DNA of 64,000 bases, from positions 52,950,001 through 53,014,000 of the forward strand of contig NC_087437.1 of the NCBI RefSeq assembly GCF_036321535.1. Direction: 5' to 3'. Positions 37,485-51,779 of the stretch are shown in pieces. The stretch is from Camelus dromedarius (taxonomy: Eukaryota). Position numbers and translations under genes: made by a program. Numbering within the stretch: position 1 is the first letter of the stretch; each line of letters begins with the position of its first letter. The notes under the pieces were generated by a model. That model did no database searches, was not told where the DNA came from, and worked only from the letters and a program-made list of their open reading frames with translations.

Positions 37485-38804
37485 GTTTCATGTTTCAGTG
37501 TCCCTCATGGGTTCACACCATGGCTGTAAATCCAGGTGAGCGTTAGAGGAAGCAAGCATCCCTCTTCGGAGGTTTCTTCCTCCTTTAAACTCTTCCCTGA
37601 TTCTGCTCCTTTCCCCACTTCTTTGATCTCAACAGCGCCATTTGGCTTTTAATTCTTTAGTCCTGCCCACTGCAGGAGGAAGGCTTGCAGCTCAGTACCC
37701 ACAGGTAAAGGCTGGCAGAGCACTCGTAATTAAGGGGCACATTTTCCCTCATCAATCCCTCTGGAAGCCCAAGGGACCATTGGTCTTAGTTCTGAGCGAG
37801 TCAGGCAAGGTCATTCGCTATCTGGTCCTGCTCCCTGCACAGGTAACCCTCTGCCTGGAGAACTCCTCTCTATCCTCCCGGGATACGCCAGGCACTGTGC
37901 TTCTTCTTTCTCCTGTGCTCAGATAGTGCTCTCACTCAAGGACAATTGTTTCTGTACACATCACTCTCCCAACCACATTGAGAGTTGAAGGCAAGGATGT
38001 ATTTACTCTTCTTGTTTTGTTTGTGTTTGCATCTTTAGCAACTAGCCCAGCCCTTGGCATATAAAAGGCTCCCAATAATTGTTTGTTGAATAAACTGAAT
38101 TAGATACAGGCTTTAGTGCCAAAGACCCTGACAGGTTTAGCACGAAAGAGGAAAAAGATAATGATTAATAGTAATAACAACTTGTCTAGATTGAACTGGA
38201 TAACAGGCTTTCCATGAGTTAACTCATTTAATCTGCATGTAACAGATAATGATGACCCAGTCTGTTTTTTGCCTCTCTGCCTTAATGCATAATTTTTATG
38301 TCCATCCTCATCTTGCCAGCTGGTTGACATTAATGAAAATGCAGTCATTTAAGGTGTAAGGGATAGATGGGGTCCTGATTTGGGCTTCTCGCTCTTGTGG
38401 TGCCCTGGAGAAGCATGCAAGGGCCTTAGCCTAGCAGGATGCCTTGCTATCTTCACTCTCACTCCCCCCTCCCCCTCCATCCCCCCTTCTATCAGCACTC
38501 CAGGGTTCAGTCTGAGGAAACCAAGAGGGCCAGCCTAGGAAATCAAGCAACCTTCAGTGAAGGGGCTGAAACTCTGATTATGTGGTGGCACCACAGGTGT
38601 TTCTGAACAACCCCATCAGAGTGGTGAGGAAGGCTGCTGCATACCCTAGAGCAGCTGTGTGACACAGGAAAACCTGTGGGTGCTGTCCCTTTATCTAGGT
38701 TATGGCAGCACAGGCAGACTAAGATGCTAAGTGTCCTGACTTTGGGCTGGAATCCTATCAGTTCAGTGGGTAATACCAGTCAGCGAATGCTGATCTGAAG
38801 CTCT

Positions 38805-39235
38805 TCTGTTGGTTTGTGAGGGCTGCTGTAACAGAATCCCACAGGCTGGTGGGTTTAACACCACACATCTATTTTTCTCACAGCTCTGGAGACTGAAGGG
38901 TAAGGTCAAGGTGCACCTTGCACCTTGCAGGATGGGCTTCTTCCGAAGCCCCTGGCCTTGGTTTGCAGGTGGCCACCCCTGGCCACTTCACATAGTCCTT
39001 CCTCTTCACATGGTCCTTCCTCTTGCACACCCATCTCTGGTGTCTCTCTGTGTCCAAATGTCCTTTTCTTATAAGAACACCCATCAGATTGGACTAGAGC
39101 CCACCCTAACTGCCTCATTTAAGCTTAATCACCTCTTTAAAGTCTCTATCTCCAAATATAGCCACATTCCAGGGTCATGGGGGTTGGGGCTTCACATATA
39201 AATTTGGTGGGGGGGGACAAAATTCCCTGCCAATG
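38805..39235 (-). mobile_element. MLT1-type (MaLR) solo LTR, opposite orientation
   Basis: gggctgctgtaacagaatcccacaggctgg...ttctcacagctctggag...cttataagaacacccatcagattgga...atctccaaatatagccacatt is the reverse of the MLT1 consensus. Confidence 0.82.
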
Positions 39236-42200
39236 TCCTTGCCCATAACAGAGACAATAATAAAAACTACATCATGGGTGATTCTGAGGAAGGCAGAGAT
39301 AAAGAATGTGAAGAAGCCCCGTAAGCAGCAACTAGAAACACCCCTTATGACTGGGCTGTGAGAAGCTGCCTTCCCTGGGAAGGGGTGCAGGACCTTCTTA
39401 CTCTCTGCGGAAAAAGAGGATGCAAGCTCTGCTTTGCTCCAGTGGGCCAGGATCGGTCCCCACAGCCTAGACAGGTGAGTGGTAGCCGGCAGACACGGCC
39501 TCCCAAGGCTGTGGGAGACGTCACCTTGCCTCCTCTCTTGCCTCCAAATTCCCATGGAGATGGGCCCTGTGCCCTTGGTGGCTGAGGCAACCAGGGCCCA
39601 ACAAAGCCGGACACTGATCAGCCCACCTAAGCTCCCCACTGGGTCTGATCTGTGCAGATGAAAGACTGCTCCCAGCTAGAGAGCTTCAAAGCTGGCTTAG
39701 AAGCATGGCAGCCTGAAAACAGGCTGTGGGTGAGGAGATGGAGATGGAAGGGGCTTTGGGGTTTCCTTGGGCACAAAAGGGCGAGTAAGGAAAGGCTATA
39801 ACTTACCCCGCATGTTCCCACCCGGCATTTCAAAACACCAGGTCCTCAGGCATCCCAATCATAACTTAACTGAAGGGTAACCTATGACCTGTGCCTTCCC
39901 TAGAGATCCTAACTCAGACACAGCATAAAGGCAGAGGACCCTCTGCAGGCAAACCAAACAGGCAGGGGGCTCATCCCCGGGCATCCTGTTAACCCAGCAT
40001 AGAGAACGTGCTGCTGGGCCAGCTCGAGAAGCACAGAGCCCAGGCTCTGGACACACGTGGGTCTGAATCCTACTGTCCGGCGCTCACTAGTTCTGTCACT
40101 TTGGGAGAAGTCACTTAGCTTCTCTGAGTCTTTTATCTGGAAAATGCGGCTCTAATAACCTCACTGGCAGCGTTGTGAGGTTTAGAAGTGATGCCACCCA
40201 GGGCCTGCACAGAGAGCACACGGAAGGCCCTCGAGAAACAGGCCGTTACTGCGATTTTACGTTTCTTCAGAAGCTCTGAATAAAGGACTCAAGGCAGAGA
40301 CAAGATGACTTGGAGTGATGGGGCATCTGAGGGCAGGGAAGCGCGGGTGGTGTGGGGTGAGCCTCTTCTCAGCTCTTCTCAGGGAAGACTTCCCAGCAAT
40401 GAGGTCTTGTTAAATGGAATGCCGACTTTCTTGGCCTTAAGATCAAATACTAGTTGGTGTATTATCTGGCATGACTCCGCCCACTCAAGAAGCTTCAATT
40501 CCAGGTACAGTGTATGTAATAAACTAAATCAATTAGTGGTGAGATTTTCCAGTTCAACTCAAGCCTGATTCTCAGGCGTAACACACAGAAGGTACATTAA
40601 AGAGATCTACGCCCACCAAATGAATCACAGCTCAGAGGGACATGCACACGCAGAAAGGCAAGGCTAGAGGAGGGTTGTGACTCTTCCAGGTTGTTGGGTA
40701 AGGGGAAGTGGGGGAGGGTACTGTGGTGTGAATGGAAACGATGCCAGGTTTGGAATACGTGGCCTTGGTGCCAGTCCCAGGTCCACTAATTAGGGTGGCC
40801 TTGGACAGTCAGTTAACCTCCCTGGGCCTCATTTTCTGACTTATAAAGTGTCTCTCAGGAGAGCTGTAGGGGATTAAAATGAGATGATGAATGCAAAATA
40901 TTTCTAGCATCTACTGCTATATCCAAGCAGGTGCTTAACAAGTGTTGGACAAACTGTCCTGAAAACGGGAAGAGGTGGGTGCTGGCTGCAGCCGGAGGTG
41001 GAGGAGACCTAGGAATCTGCTTAAGGCGTCTATTCTGCCAACAGAAGCACCAGTAAAGGGGAGGGCTTTGGAATGGAGGCAGACAGGAGAAGGCTGAGCT
41101 TGTGGGTAGAAGAAGCTGGGACCCTGCTGGATGATTTATGGGGAGGGAGGAGTCACCCACATGGTAGTGTCCCTTTTGTCTGTCCCCTACTTCTGGTTGG
41201 CTTCTGTCCATTTCCCCCTTTGTGCCACTGAGTCCCATTCAAGGCCTTAGAGTTATAAGCCTGTGCTCTGCACCGGCTTCCTCTCTGGCCTCCTCGCTGC
41301 CAGTTTCTCTCCCTTTCCTCAAATCCACACCACATGCCTCTCTCGCATCCTATTGCTCCTGGCTTCAAACCCTTCATCTCTTCCCATTATTCAAAGGATC
41401 ACATATACACTCCATGGCATGTTACTCAAGGGTCCCCATCTTTCCAGTCTTCCCTTTTGCTATTCCTGTAGCTCATGGCCCCCTTCTTTCCTTCTGTCTT
41501 TTCAAGTCCTTTCCAGCTTCAAGTATTACTAGCACACACACATTCAATCTCACTTATGCATTCATTCCTTCATCATTTGGTCATATAGCAAACATTTATT
41601 GATGACCTCCTGGGTGCCTGGCACAGTGCTGGGCAGCTGGGAATTGAGTTCCTAAGGAAAGGCCCTCCTTTTCTCCCCCCACCCTGATGATACTATTTCT
41701 GCCACTCCAAGGTGCGTGCCTATCATGTAGTGTTAGCATGACTGTTCTACATGTATTTCTTGTATTAGACTGAGAACTCCTGGAGATCAGGACCCCTTCA
41801 CCCTCCTGCCTGCACCCTCTACAGCACCTGCAGCACTCTGGGTCCTTGAAGGCAGGTTTGAGTCCCACTCTATTGGGTATTGCCTATATTCTTGGGCCGG
41901 TCACTTAAACCCATGAGCCTCAGTATCTTCAGCCATAAAATGGATTAAATAATTAGATATGGAACAGGCTTGGCCCATAAGTAAGTGCTCAGTAAATAAC
42001 AGCACAATACACATTTTTTGATTAGTCAAGAAGATGGGACACTTCTTGTACAACTGAGAAACAGGTCAAGAAGCATAGTGATGTTTATTAGGCTGTGCCA
42101 AGTGTGTGGCCAGCGTGCAGTTTTGCCGTAGTTGGGCCTTAGGAGGTGCCGGATATCAAACAGCTGAAGAGCTGCTACAGGGGAACAGGCGTCAGCATGT

Positions 42201-42769
42201 GGGCCGAGGTGGGGCAAGTGGGAAGGGAAGAATCAAAGGTGTCTAGGCCAGCCAAAGAGCCAGGCTGGAAGTTTTTTCTGCATGTGAAAAATGAACGGTT
42301 CCTTGGCTCTCTGGTTCTATTTTGAGCAGCAAACCTCCTAAGGCAGGAATTAAGCTGGAGTTTCACTCCAGCTTGAACCTGTGTGAGCAAGTTTCTCTCT
42401 GCAGATGTGAACAGCCTCCGGAGGCTGAATTCTGCCTTGCCCGCCCCTCCCGGCCTCGGTGGGGAGGGGCGGGGACAGCTGGAGGCAGAGCCCTGTTGAT
42501 TCAGAAGTCGGCTGAGGAAGGATGAAGGATGGCTTTGCTGGAATTTCTAGTAAATTGGAGTAGGAGTGGGGTGAGGGACAGGCAGAAGTGGGGAGGCTGG
42601 GGTGGGTAGAAAGAATTCTATATTTGAAATACTGGGACTTGGGTTCCAGTCCCAGTTCCACCAGTTTGTGTGAACTTGGGTAGGTCAATGAATCTCCCTG
42701 GTCCTCCTTTTTCTAATCTGTGAAGTTTCTTCTTGGCATTCTCAGGGGGAGCAGCCCGGCACACCAGCG

Positions 42770-43140
42770 TAGTGCTTCTCAAGCTTGAGTGAGTGTCTAT
42801 CCCCGGGGAGCTTGTCGGCGGACAGACTCGGCTTCAGTGGGTCTGGCCTGGGGCCTGAGGGTCTGCATTTCTGACCCTCTCAGGTGATGCCCTTGCTGCT
42901 GGTTCTAGTGTAGGGATGGGCAAACCACAGCTCGAGGGCCAAATCCAGCCTGCTGCTTGTCTGTAAATACAGTTGGGTTGGAACACAGCCATGCCCATTC
43001 GCTGCTGTGGTGTCTATGGCGGTTTTCACACTAAGTGGTTCAGGTAAACACTTGTATCCGAGACTGTTGGGCCCACAAAGCCTAACTATTTTCATAGTTA
43101 CTGTGTGGCCCTTGACAGAAAAATTTGCCAACCTCTGCCT
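42770..43140. mobile_element. MER5-like element followed by MER58A-like hAT element (from ~42911)
   Basis: tagtgcttctcaagctt...ctgcatttct...caggtgatgc, then gggcaaaccacagctcgagggccaaatccagcc...ggaacacagccatgcccatt...gaaaaatttgccaacctctg. Confidence 0.78.
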
Positions 43141-43567
43141 CAGGGGACAGAGGTCTGGCCTGTGTGAGTGAAAAGACCTGCATTTCAGTCTGGGTTTGGC
43201 CAAGGGCCAGCTACTTCACCTTGCTGCTTCTCACTTTCCTTATCTAGAGGACAGAATGATCTCTAAATTTCCAAGAGATTCTAGGATTTCAGTACTCCAT
43301 CGAAGACATCATCGTTTCTACAGAAACAGGCATCTGGGGATCAGGTTGGGTGGCCTTCATTTGGAAGCTACAAAAACATACCTGCCCTAACCCACAGAGT
43401 CTAGCAGGCAGCCCTGCCAGGCATGGAGCAACTGCCTGGTATAGAGGCAGCTGGGAACACATAGCGGCTTGGAGAAGGGAAGGGTGAGGACGGGAGGGAG
43501 GTGGACGTCCCGGCCTCCTGTACAGGCCGATGTCGGCACAGGGGTCCTGGAACACTGCACACCGGCG

Positions 43568-43583
43568 TCTCTCTCTCTCTCTT

Positions 43584-43637
<54 letters not shown>
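43568..43637. repeat. Compound (TC)n(CA)n microsatellite
   Basis: About 50 bp of TC repeat with two interruptions, joined to (CA)9. Confidence 0.96.
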
Positions 43638-46600
43638 TCCATTCCATCGAACATAACTCCCTAACTCACCCCTCCAGGTGTCCCTGACCCTGGGTGCTTT
43701 TGGTCAACCTAGATTAATAAGCTCTTTGAAAGACTCAGAGATTGTGCCAGGCACAGGGATGAAGAAGGAACCATGACATCTGGAGCTGAGGTGCTCACAG
43801 TTGGGATGGAGAGACACTCTGTAAGTAAAAAAGTTACAGGAGAGTTCCACGAGCCGCTGTGAGGGCAAATGCGTGACCCTGGGGCTCTAGCTTGGGGATG
43901 CTATTAACACGGCAGAGAACCTGGGTCTGGGCAGTGGACTTTAGGAGAGGGGAGGGTGTGTGAAGAGTGGGAAGATAATGCCTGGTTTGGGGCATGTTGA
44001 TTTCAATGTGGGTGCTTGAAGGACTGAATGACAAAGCTGCTATTTCCTGTGAAAAGTGGAGTCTCTCTGTAGGCCTGCCACCACTGGAGAAGAATGACTG
44101 TGTTGCCATGGTTAGTTCCTAGCACCAAGGGGAGTCCCAGTGCACACCCCACCCCAAGTACCCCCAGGCTCTTTAGGGGCCACTTGCCTTGCCCTGTCTC
44201 AGCCCCTCAGGTGAGACCTTGGCCAGAGAGACCTCTGTAAAATACATACTTTTTAGGAATATTTCTATTTTCCAACCCAAATGAGCAGTAAGTAACTGAC
44301 AACTGCTCACTCTGACCATCTTTAATGGGAAAATAGGGAACCTACAACCCTGACAGCTCTTGAACCCAACAGGCCACTTTCTGTTCCAGTTTCACACCAG
44401 TGAGAAGACAGCTCGCAGAAGCAGTGAACTCAGGCGCTCACGACTACTCTGTTGTCCCATCTGAGCTCTGGCTCCCCACTTGCGAGGGTGGGTCTGTGAT
44501 GGCTGGGTGGCATCCCTTTCCCTGGCTTTGGGATTCAGGGTATGACCCATACAATTAGTGACGATCCACACAGGTGACTGAACCGCCTGTGCCTGCAAAG
44601 TAGCGGAATCAATTGATCTTGAAGCAGGAGGGTTTTCCTCTTTCCAGGCAAGAGGCTGGCATCTGGGCAGCAGATTTGATGACTGTATGCATTTGCCAAG
44701 AGGGTTCCTGTGTGAGTGCCTGTTTGTTGGTTTGAGTACCAAGCTGGCAAGGCGTTGTCTGTGAGCCACACACTGGCCTTGCTGGAGTGCTGGCTAGTCA
44801 CTCAAGTGTCCCTCTTAGCCCTTATCACCAATCCTAATTTCCTGCCTGTCTGTGGGATTACTTTCCTGAGGCCTGGCTCCCATACTCCCTAGTGGCTGCA
44901 GGCATTAGGTCTGTTTTTGCTCATTGTTGTGCCCTGGTACCTGGCACTTGGTAGGTGCTTTTCAGATGTGTGTTGAATAAATGACAGAAAGCCTGTCCCC
45001 ATGGCTGGGAAATTAACTCAAAGGGTACATTCTACCAACGGTGCTGTCTCCCTGTGTTTGTTCACCAGGAATGGCAAAAATTATTACCTAGTGAAAGTCC
45101 GGGGAGATTTTGCCCTCTCTGTTTAGAGTCTTGTCCAGGACACCCTGTGGTGGTTCAAATGGGACTGGCTAAGAAATCACTACGGGAAACGTGGCCTTAG
45201 TATCAGAGAGCTAGAGGGGCTGGGTGTGGGTGGCCCAGGCCCGAGGCTGCTGCTGGCCCAAGGGGAAGGCTGCATGGGGCAGATATGAGGCTCAGTAAAG
45301 AGTTTGAGAACGTGTGTAGGGAGTCTCTGCATTAATACCCAGGGCAGGGCCAGAGAGAACCAATGGCAGAGCTTCCTGGGGCTTCGCTCCCTAACCTCGC
45401 GGGGACCAATCTAGCCACATGTGCCCTTGGTGCTTCAGGACTGGGCCCCTTTCCCCGGACAGCAGCTCAGGTGGAACCCCACATGGGCAGCAGCAGCCAA
45501 ACACACTGCAGCACAGGGCCCAGAGACAACCCCAGAGGTACATGTTGTTAGAGCCACAGGTAATTTAAAGACAATCAAGACCGAATTCCTGAAGCAGAAG
45601 CCAAGAGAGTGAAATTCTAAATCTGGGCCTTTTCTTATTTAAATACTACATACTTATCACCTTCCACTTGTCACTTAGCAATACCTCTGATACTTCTGAT
45701 TACTACTGATCAAGCACCCTGTGTTCTGAGTATCCTGCTAAGTGCCTGTGTGGATGATCTCATTTAACCCTCAGAACAAGGTGGCACTGCTGAGGGAGAG
45801 AGGCTGTAATTGTTTCCATTTTGCAAGGGTTGCAGTGGAGGCTTGGAGAGGTTCACTGACTCAACCAGCATCACACGGCTGGTGATGGGGAGGCCTGTGT
45901 CTTCTAACTCCTAGCTCAATGGCCAGTCCCCTCCTCTACACTGACTCTCAGCTACAAGTTCTCTAGGGGCCATATGTGTTGACTTCTTTGAAACAGCCAA
46001 TTCATCTTAATTAACAAGTGAATTTCTAATAGTTCTGTGAAAGGAAATTCTCAGTCTCACAAATATTTGCATCGAACTCTTTATAAGACTATTTTTTTCC
46101 CCAAGATTTTTCACTGAGTGTCTGTTCCTGTCCAGCTCCAGAATCTACCACCCACTATGGAGGCAGACCAAGGGCAAGATTCCTTCCCCTCCTCTCCCTC
46201 CCTCTGACAAACGTTTCTGTAGAACAACGTGAACCAGGTAGGGTGTTAGGCTTTGAAGGGGTCACAGAGATGAAGAACACAAGCTCCCAATTTTCCAGGT
46301 ACTGGCAGGAGAAAGATATAAGGATACACATGCCTATAAAACAAGGCAACCCTTAATTAGTGAACTGTCAAGACAGAAGGCAAAATTAAGCGCTCTAGAA
46401 TTTCAGAGGCTGAACTCACTTCCAGAGGCGCCACCAATAGGCTCCAGGAAGGAGATGGCTGTTGAGGCAAGCCTAGCAGGAGGAGCAGAATTTCAACCAA
46501 GTGTATGTGGAGACTTTCCTTGGACTGGGTCATAAATGCTTCCTGTTTTCTGAGTTCCTGGCCTGTGCGATACACATAGTAGGACCTTAAATAAAATTTC

Positions 46601-49519
46601 TAGTTGGACACTAGCCACTTGGGGCGAGGCCAGGAATCATGGACTTGGTTCTGATGCCACCACTGGACATAAATTGGTTAAGTCCTGCTGCTGCGCTGGG
46701 CTTCTGTTCTTCCCAACTATGAGATAGGGATATGGAGGTGAATGGGTCTAACCTTGCTCATGGGTTTCTGCTTAGGATCAGATTAAGTCAATATATACAA
46801 AACTATTTGCAGGCCAAAACGAAATATAAATACAAGAGATGATCTGTGACTACTCTTATTGCTGTTTTAAAAACGAAAAAGAACCAGTGCCCAGGTACTT
46901 CTCATTTATCCAACAATGTTTTTTGGACTAACTACATTGGGTCAGGCACCGGGGATACAAAGATGAATACCATCCACCCTTTATCCTTAGAATCTGAAAG
47001 GTGTAGGAAAGCAGACAGTAAGTACAATCGATGGTATAAGTTTAATGTACTAGGGCAGAGGCCAGGCTGGAATTTGGCAGGAGCTCTTTTTTAGTGATAG
47101 TGCAGGCGGGTGGCAACGCTAAAGAGAAGAACTTCAAAATCAGGAATTCAACTGGTATGCCCCAACATAAAATCACATTAAAGGGGAAGAGAACACTTTT
47201 CTAAAGTTGGAGCTTATACTATGTTCCAGGTACTGTGGCATCCATCATCATAACAAGCTAGATATTATTATCCCCATTTTAAAGATCAGGAAGCTGAGAC
47301 TCGGGGAGATTGGGTAACTTTCCCAGGTTTCTAAGACTAGAAAGTGTAAAGCCTAAATTTAAATCCAGGTCATTTGACTGCAAGCTTGGTGCTCAACCCA
47401 GTACCGCATCTTGCTTTCTGATCAGCCAATGGTTTTTACAGAACTCATTTCATGCTAATGTGGAATGACCTTTCTTGGGTTGCTTTCCCAAGGAGAAAGA
47501 CTGATGATCTGTGATGAGATTTGACAATAACCTTTTCTGTTGTCATTTCCTCTTATACTTCCTATGATAAATCCCTTCCCTCCCGCTATTCTCTCCTGAC
47601 TTCTCCCTCACCTCCGATCCCAGTGAAATTGCCAAATAGTAACAAAGCCCAACAAATGAAGAGCCTGCAGAGAGAGAGCGCTACCTTTTTTGCCACTGAC
47701 CTGTCAATTGTGAGACCAACACACTTCAAGAAGGAAGAAACCTGCCATATAATTCTGTCCAAGGAGTCCAAAACCTGGCCATGCCTTAATCCTGTGGATT
47801 AAGCCTTAAGGAACTTATGCTCCAGAGGAATTTACATGATTGTCAGATTTGCCTATTTAACAGATAATGAAAACTGAAATCCCAAGAAGGTGGAAGGACT
47901 TACCCAACATCACACACTAGTGAGAGGCAGAGTCTGGACTGGAACCCAGGTCTCTTGACTCCCCAGGCTAATGCATTTCCACTAAAACGGGTTGCCTCTT
48001 TAGTTTTTCCTCATTAACATCTCATCTTAAATGAGATCATGGCCCTTTAAGAAAGAAAGCTCTACGTTGGTGTCTCTGCAAAGCCCAGAAGCCAAGGCTC
48101 CCTCCTTGGCCTCTGCTCTGATCAGTTCATGTTCTCATCTAAAGAACAGGAAGTAGCTTCATTTTAGCTCTGAAAGCATATTCTTGGGGTGGGAAAGGGG
48201 GATTTGGGGAAGAGAGTTCCTGTACAAGATGGTCAAGAGCGATCAGCAGACACATTACTTTTGCCTGAAGAAGGGGAAGGTACATGGTAAGACATGTAAG
48301 GGGAAGATGACAGTTGTCCTTGAGTCCCAGGCAGAACATGTCCTCAACAAGAGCTCCCCCACAGCCCTGGGTGAGGGGAGGTGGATTCTACCCAGATTCT
48401 GTTCTGCCTAGAGGCCAGAGTGGGGGTTGGGGTGGGAACACTGGGATGGGAAAATTTGCAGGAACTTTCTACAAACTCCAACACTTCCCCCACCCTCTGT
48501 TAGCACCCACAACTTCCCCTGCCAAAGGAGAAAGGAGGAACATTACTCAGTTTAATAATTTATACAAATCAAAAACTTCAGTGTGTGAAATAAAAAGGAC
48601 TTAGGGTGTCAGAGAAAAAAAAATTCTCGAGTCCTCTCTTAAAGGACAGAGGTGTGGAGATGACACCTCTTGGTGACCTTGCCTCGAGATATAACAATCT
48701 GGTTCTCTAATAGATGGGTCTGAAATAAGCCACTCCCTTCAATGGTCAGCCTGGTTTGTCTCCTTACACTGGTGGGATCACATCCAGCCTTAGGACTAAC
48801 AGCCTGGGACATCAAAGAACCCAGACCCAGATTCATGGACACTTGTCTACGTCAGTGGTTCTCAAACTTGGCAGCCTGTCAGATTGTCTGGGGAGCTCAT
48901 TACAAATTTAGATTCCCAGGAACCAACCTAGAGATTGATTAGGGAGATCTGGGCTAGGGCCCAGGCCTCTTCATTTTCAATAGGCAGGCCTGGTTTAAAA
49001 ACCAATGATCTGGTTCAATGCCATCCATTCAGTTACCAAAACTTTTACACCAGACGCTGGTTTTATAGCAAAGAAAACTGAAGTGCCAAAAAGCACATTT
49101 GTGCCAGCACTTGGATTCAAATCCATTCTCCTCCCTCCTGATGTGTGGGGTCTTGGCCAAAGCCCTCACATATGGCTTCTCTCCCCCAGCTCACCAGTCC
49201 ACGGAGTATCCCTGGGGGTCAGAAGGGCCCATTCATCTAATCCACAGAGAAATCAGAACTGCCAGGGGCTTTGAGTGAGTCCCATTTGGTTCATTGGTGG
49301 AAAGAGCTGGTAAGGGGTAGAGCTGAAAGTAGTTTTAGGAAAGCTGAGGAAGCTCTGTTCTGTACCCTGGTGGGTGAGAAGGGAAAGGCCCAGCTGATGG
49401 CCTCTAAGACAGCCTACCTTGTTGTTTCAGGCAGAAAGAATAGTGGGTTCACAGAAGCAGCCTGCTGTGTTAAGAGGAGCCAGGGTGGTGGAGGCAGAGG
49501 CAGTGAGGTGGAGAGTAAA

Positions 49520-50370
49520 AGAAGATGAAATCTGCAGGTAATTAGAGGCCAAACCATCTGGGGCTCTCTAGGCCATGTGAAGATCTTTAGCTTTTAATCT
49601 GAGCCACTGCAGGATTTTGAGCAGGAGAGTGGCATAAGCAGACCTATTTTCCCAGGGGCATTCTGATACAGGAGGGAGAATACCTGTAAAGGGTGGTGGG
49701 GGTAGAAGCAGAGAATCCAGTTAGGAGGATCTGCAGTAATCCAGGGGACAGAGGATGCGAGATGTTGCTCAGACCAAAGTGATAGGAACACAGTGGAGAG
49801 AAGTAGGATCTTAGATGTTTTTTTAAAGCAGAGTGAACAGATTTTCTGATGGATTGGATATGAGATGTGAGATAAAAGGGGATCAAGGATGGTGCCAAGT
49901 GTTTTGGCTTAAGCAACGGGCAGGTTGGAGTTATCCTCAGCTGAGATGGAGAAGGCTGTGGGTGGAGAAGGTTTTGGGGAGGGACATCAGGAGCTCAGTT
50001 TTGGACATGCTGAGTCACCGGCACTCACGTGGTGTTTAAATAAAGCCTCACTACACGATGAGGTCATCAAGGGAGTGAGTACAGGCAGAAAAGAGAAGAG
50101 GGTTGAGGATCCTGCCTGGGGACCTTTCAGCATCAGGAGGTTAGAGAGAAGATGGGGAGTCAGCAAAAGAGACTAAGAAGGGGTAACCAGTGAGGTAGGA
50201 GGGAAACCGAAAATGTGTGGAGTCCTAGAAGCCACGTGAACAGCGTTTCCAGGAAGAGGGAGTGATCAGTTGGGTCAAATGCTGCTGACAGATGGAGCAA
50301 GGTCAAGGTTGAGAATTGACTATTGTATTTAGTCATTGAAGGACACTTGTAACCTTGACATAAGCAGCAT
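49520..50370 (-). mobile_element. L2 LINE fragment
   Basis: ggattttgagcaggagagtggcat...gcagtaatccagg...gagctcagttttggacatgctgagt...tcaaatgctgctgacagatggagcaag, characteristic of antisense L2. Confidence 0.8.
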
Positions 50371-50615
50371 GTCACTCCTAACCTCATGGAGTCCCACTTT
50401 GATCACTGATTATCATTTAGGGCTCCCTTATTGTAAATTTTCTCTTCTCAATTAGGTTATAAACTTTGCAGCATCAGGGATGATGAGTCAGTGTATCTCC
50501 AGAGCACCAGGTTCTTGTAAGGCTGTAGAACCTAATACAGTTTGCTAACAGACCCATCTGAACATCCCTCCCACTGGGGCACTGACCTAAGCAATTTTCC
50601 TCATGCCTGGCTTAC

Positions 50616-50793
50616 CTTGGACACAGAGTTTCAGTTCCTTGGGGTCAGTGACGACCTTCCTGCTTTCCCGGATCACAGCACGGTTCTTCTTGGTTTCTCC
50701 CCAGAGATTGGTGCCCCCGTACATGCTGGGAATGTTGAGGATAGCAATGCCTTCAAGGAAGATGCTGCTCAGGTCCACTCCAACCCCATCACA
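50616..50793 (-). CDS. DGKG: Diacylglycerol kinase gamma, internal coding exon (4th from last, 178 bp), kinase accessory domain
   Basis: Translates [59 protein letters not shown], with the DGK motif LNIPS-x-GG-x-NLWG. Acceptor ttctctctgtcccccAG (phase 0), donor G|GTAAGC (phase 1). Confidence 0.97.
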
Positions 50794-51779
50794 CTGGGGG
50801 ACAGAGAGAAAAGGCCATCGGTTAGTGTCCTCAGCATATCCCAACCCAAGGTGCTGTGTGTGTGTGGGCGAGTGTGTGTGTGGTGGGGGCTCTCATGAAG
50901 AATGTAACCGGCCCTCAGCCACCAGCCGGTCTCTGTCAGAAGCTGAATCTTGGGCAAAGCTGCTCAGGCCTAATGCTTTGGCCACTGTAGTGAGATGAGG
51001 GAGGGCTAGTCTTGGTCAGCTTTGGGTAAGACAGCACCAGGCTCCAGGAATCTTCTGAGATCCTAGATGGGCTTTAGGGATGGTTCAGAAGACAACTGTA
51101 AGATTGTTCTCCAACCTCATTATCATTAATCCTGCCCCTCCCTAACCACTGTAAAGATTTGGTGGGATGCTGAGTCGAGAACCTAACACATAGCAAATGA
51201 CAGAAAAGTTTCACTTTACCCCCTCTTATTTTATCCCTCTTGTGAGAAGTACAAGACTTTAAGATTTGGAAGGCTTTCAGAATTTTCCTGTCTCCTGTAT
51301 CTGTATCGTAAGTGCAATTTTGGCATACGTGCTTGCTGATGTAGCAGTTTCTTTATCCAATCTTCACCACCCGCATCCCCGCCAGGTACAAAAGGCCAGA
51401 AGGCTTGAATTTGCCTGTCTCACATATCTATAAAGTCAACTCACTTTGGCATAATGCTTACCAATGCAGCAAGAAATGTATTAGCTCTGATCCTTGTTCC
51501 TCAGGACTGGAGGTAATGTTACTTCATTTACAGAAGAAAACACTGTATCCAGAGAGGTAAGCTAAACTATCCAAGATTGCACAGATGATAAATAACTGAG
51601 CAGGGATTCAAAGTTGGGGTATTTGATTACAAAGCCCAAGCTCTTTATCTTGATAATTGTGAGGCAGGAAAAAAAAGTCAAAAGTATGCAGCAAAAATCC
51701 ACTGTCTTTGAGGTTACCTAGGAATCCAAACTTCCAGAGATTTCTCAACAGAGGAGGAATAGGAAAGGAAAGGCTTGTT

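Noticed and set aside
50542..50998. Plus-strand ORFs of 118 and 131 aa
   Set aside because: Antisense shadows of the real DGKG exon.
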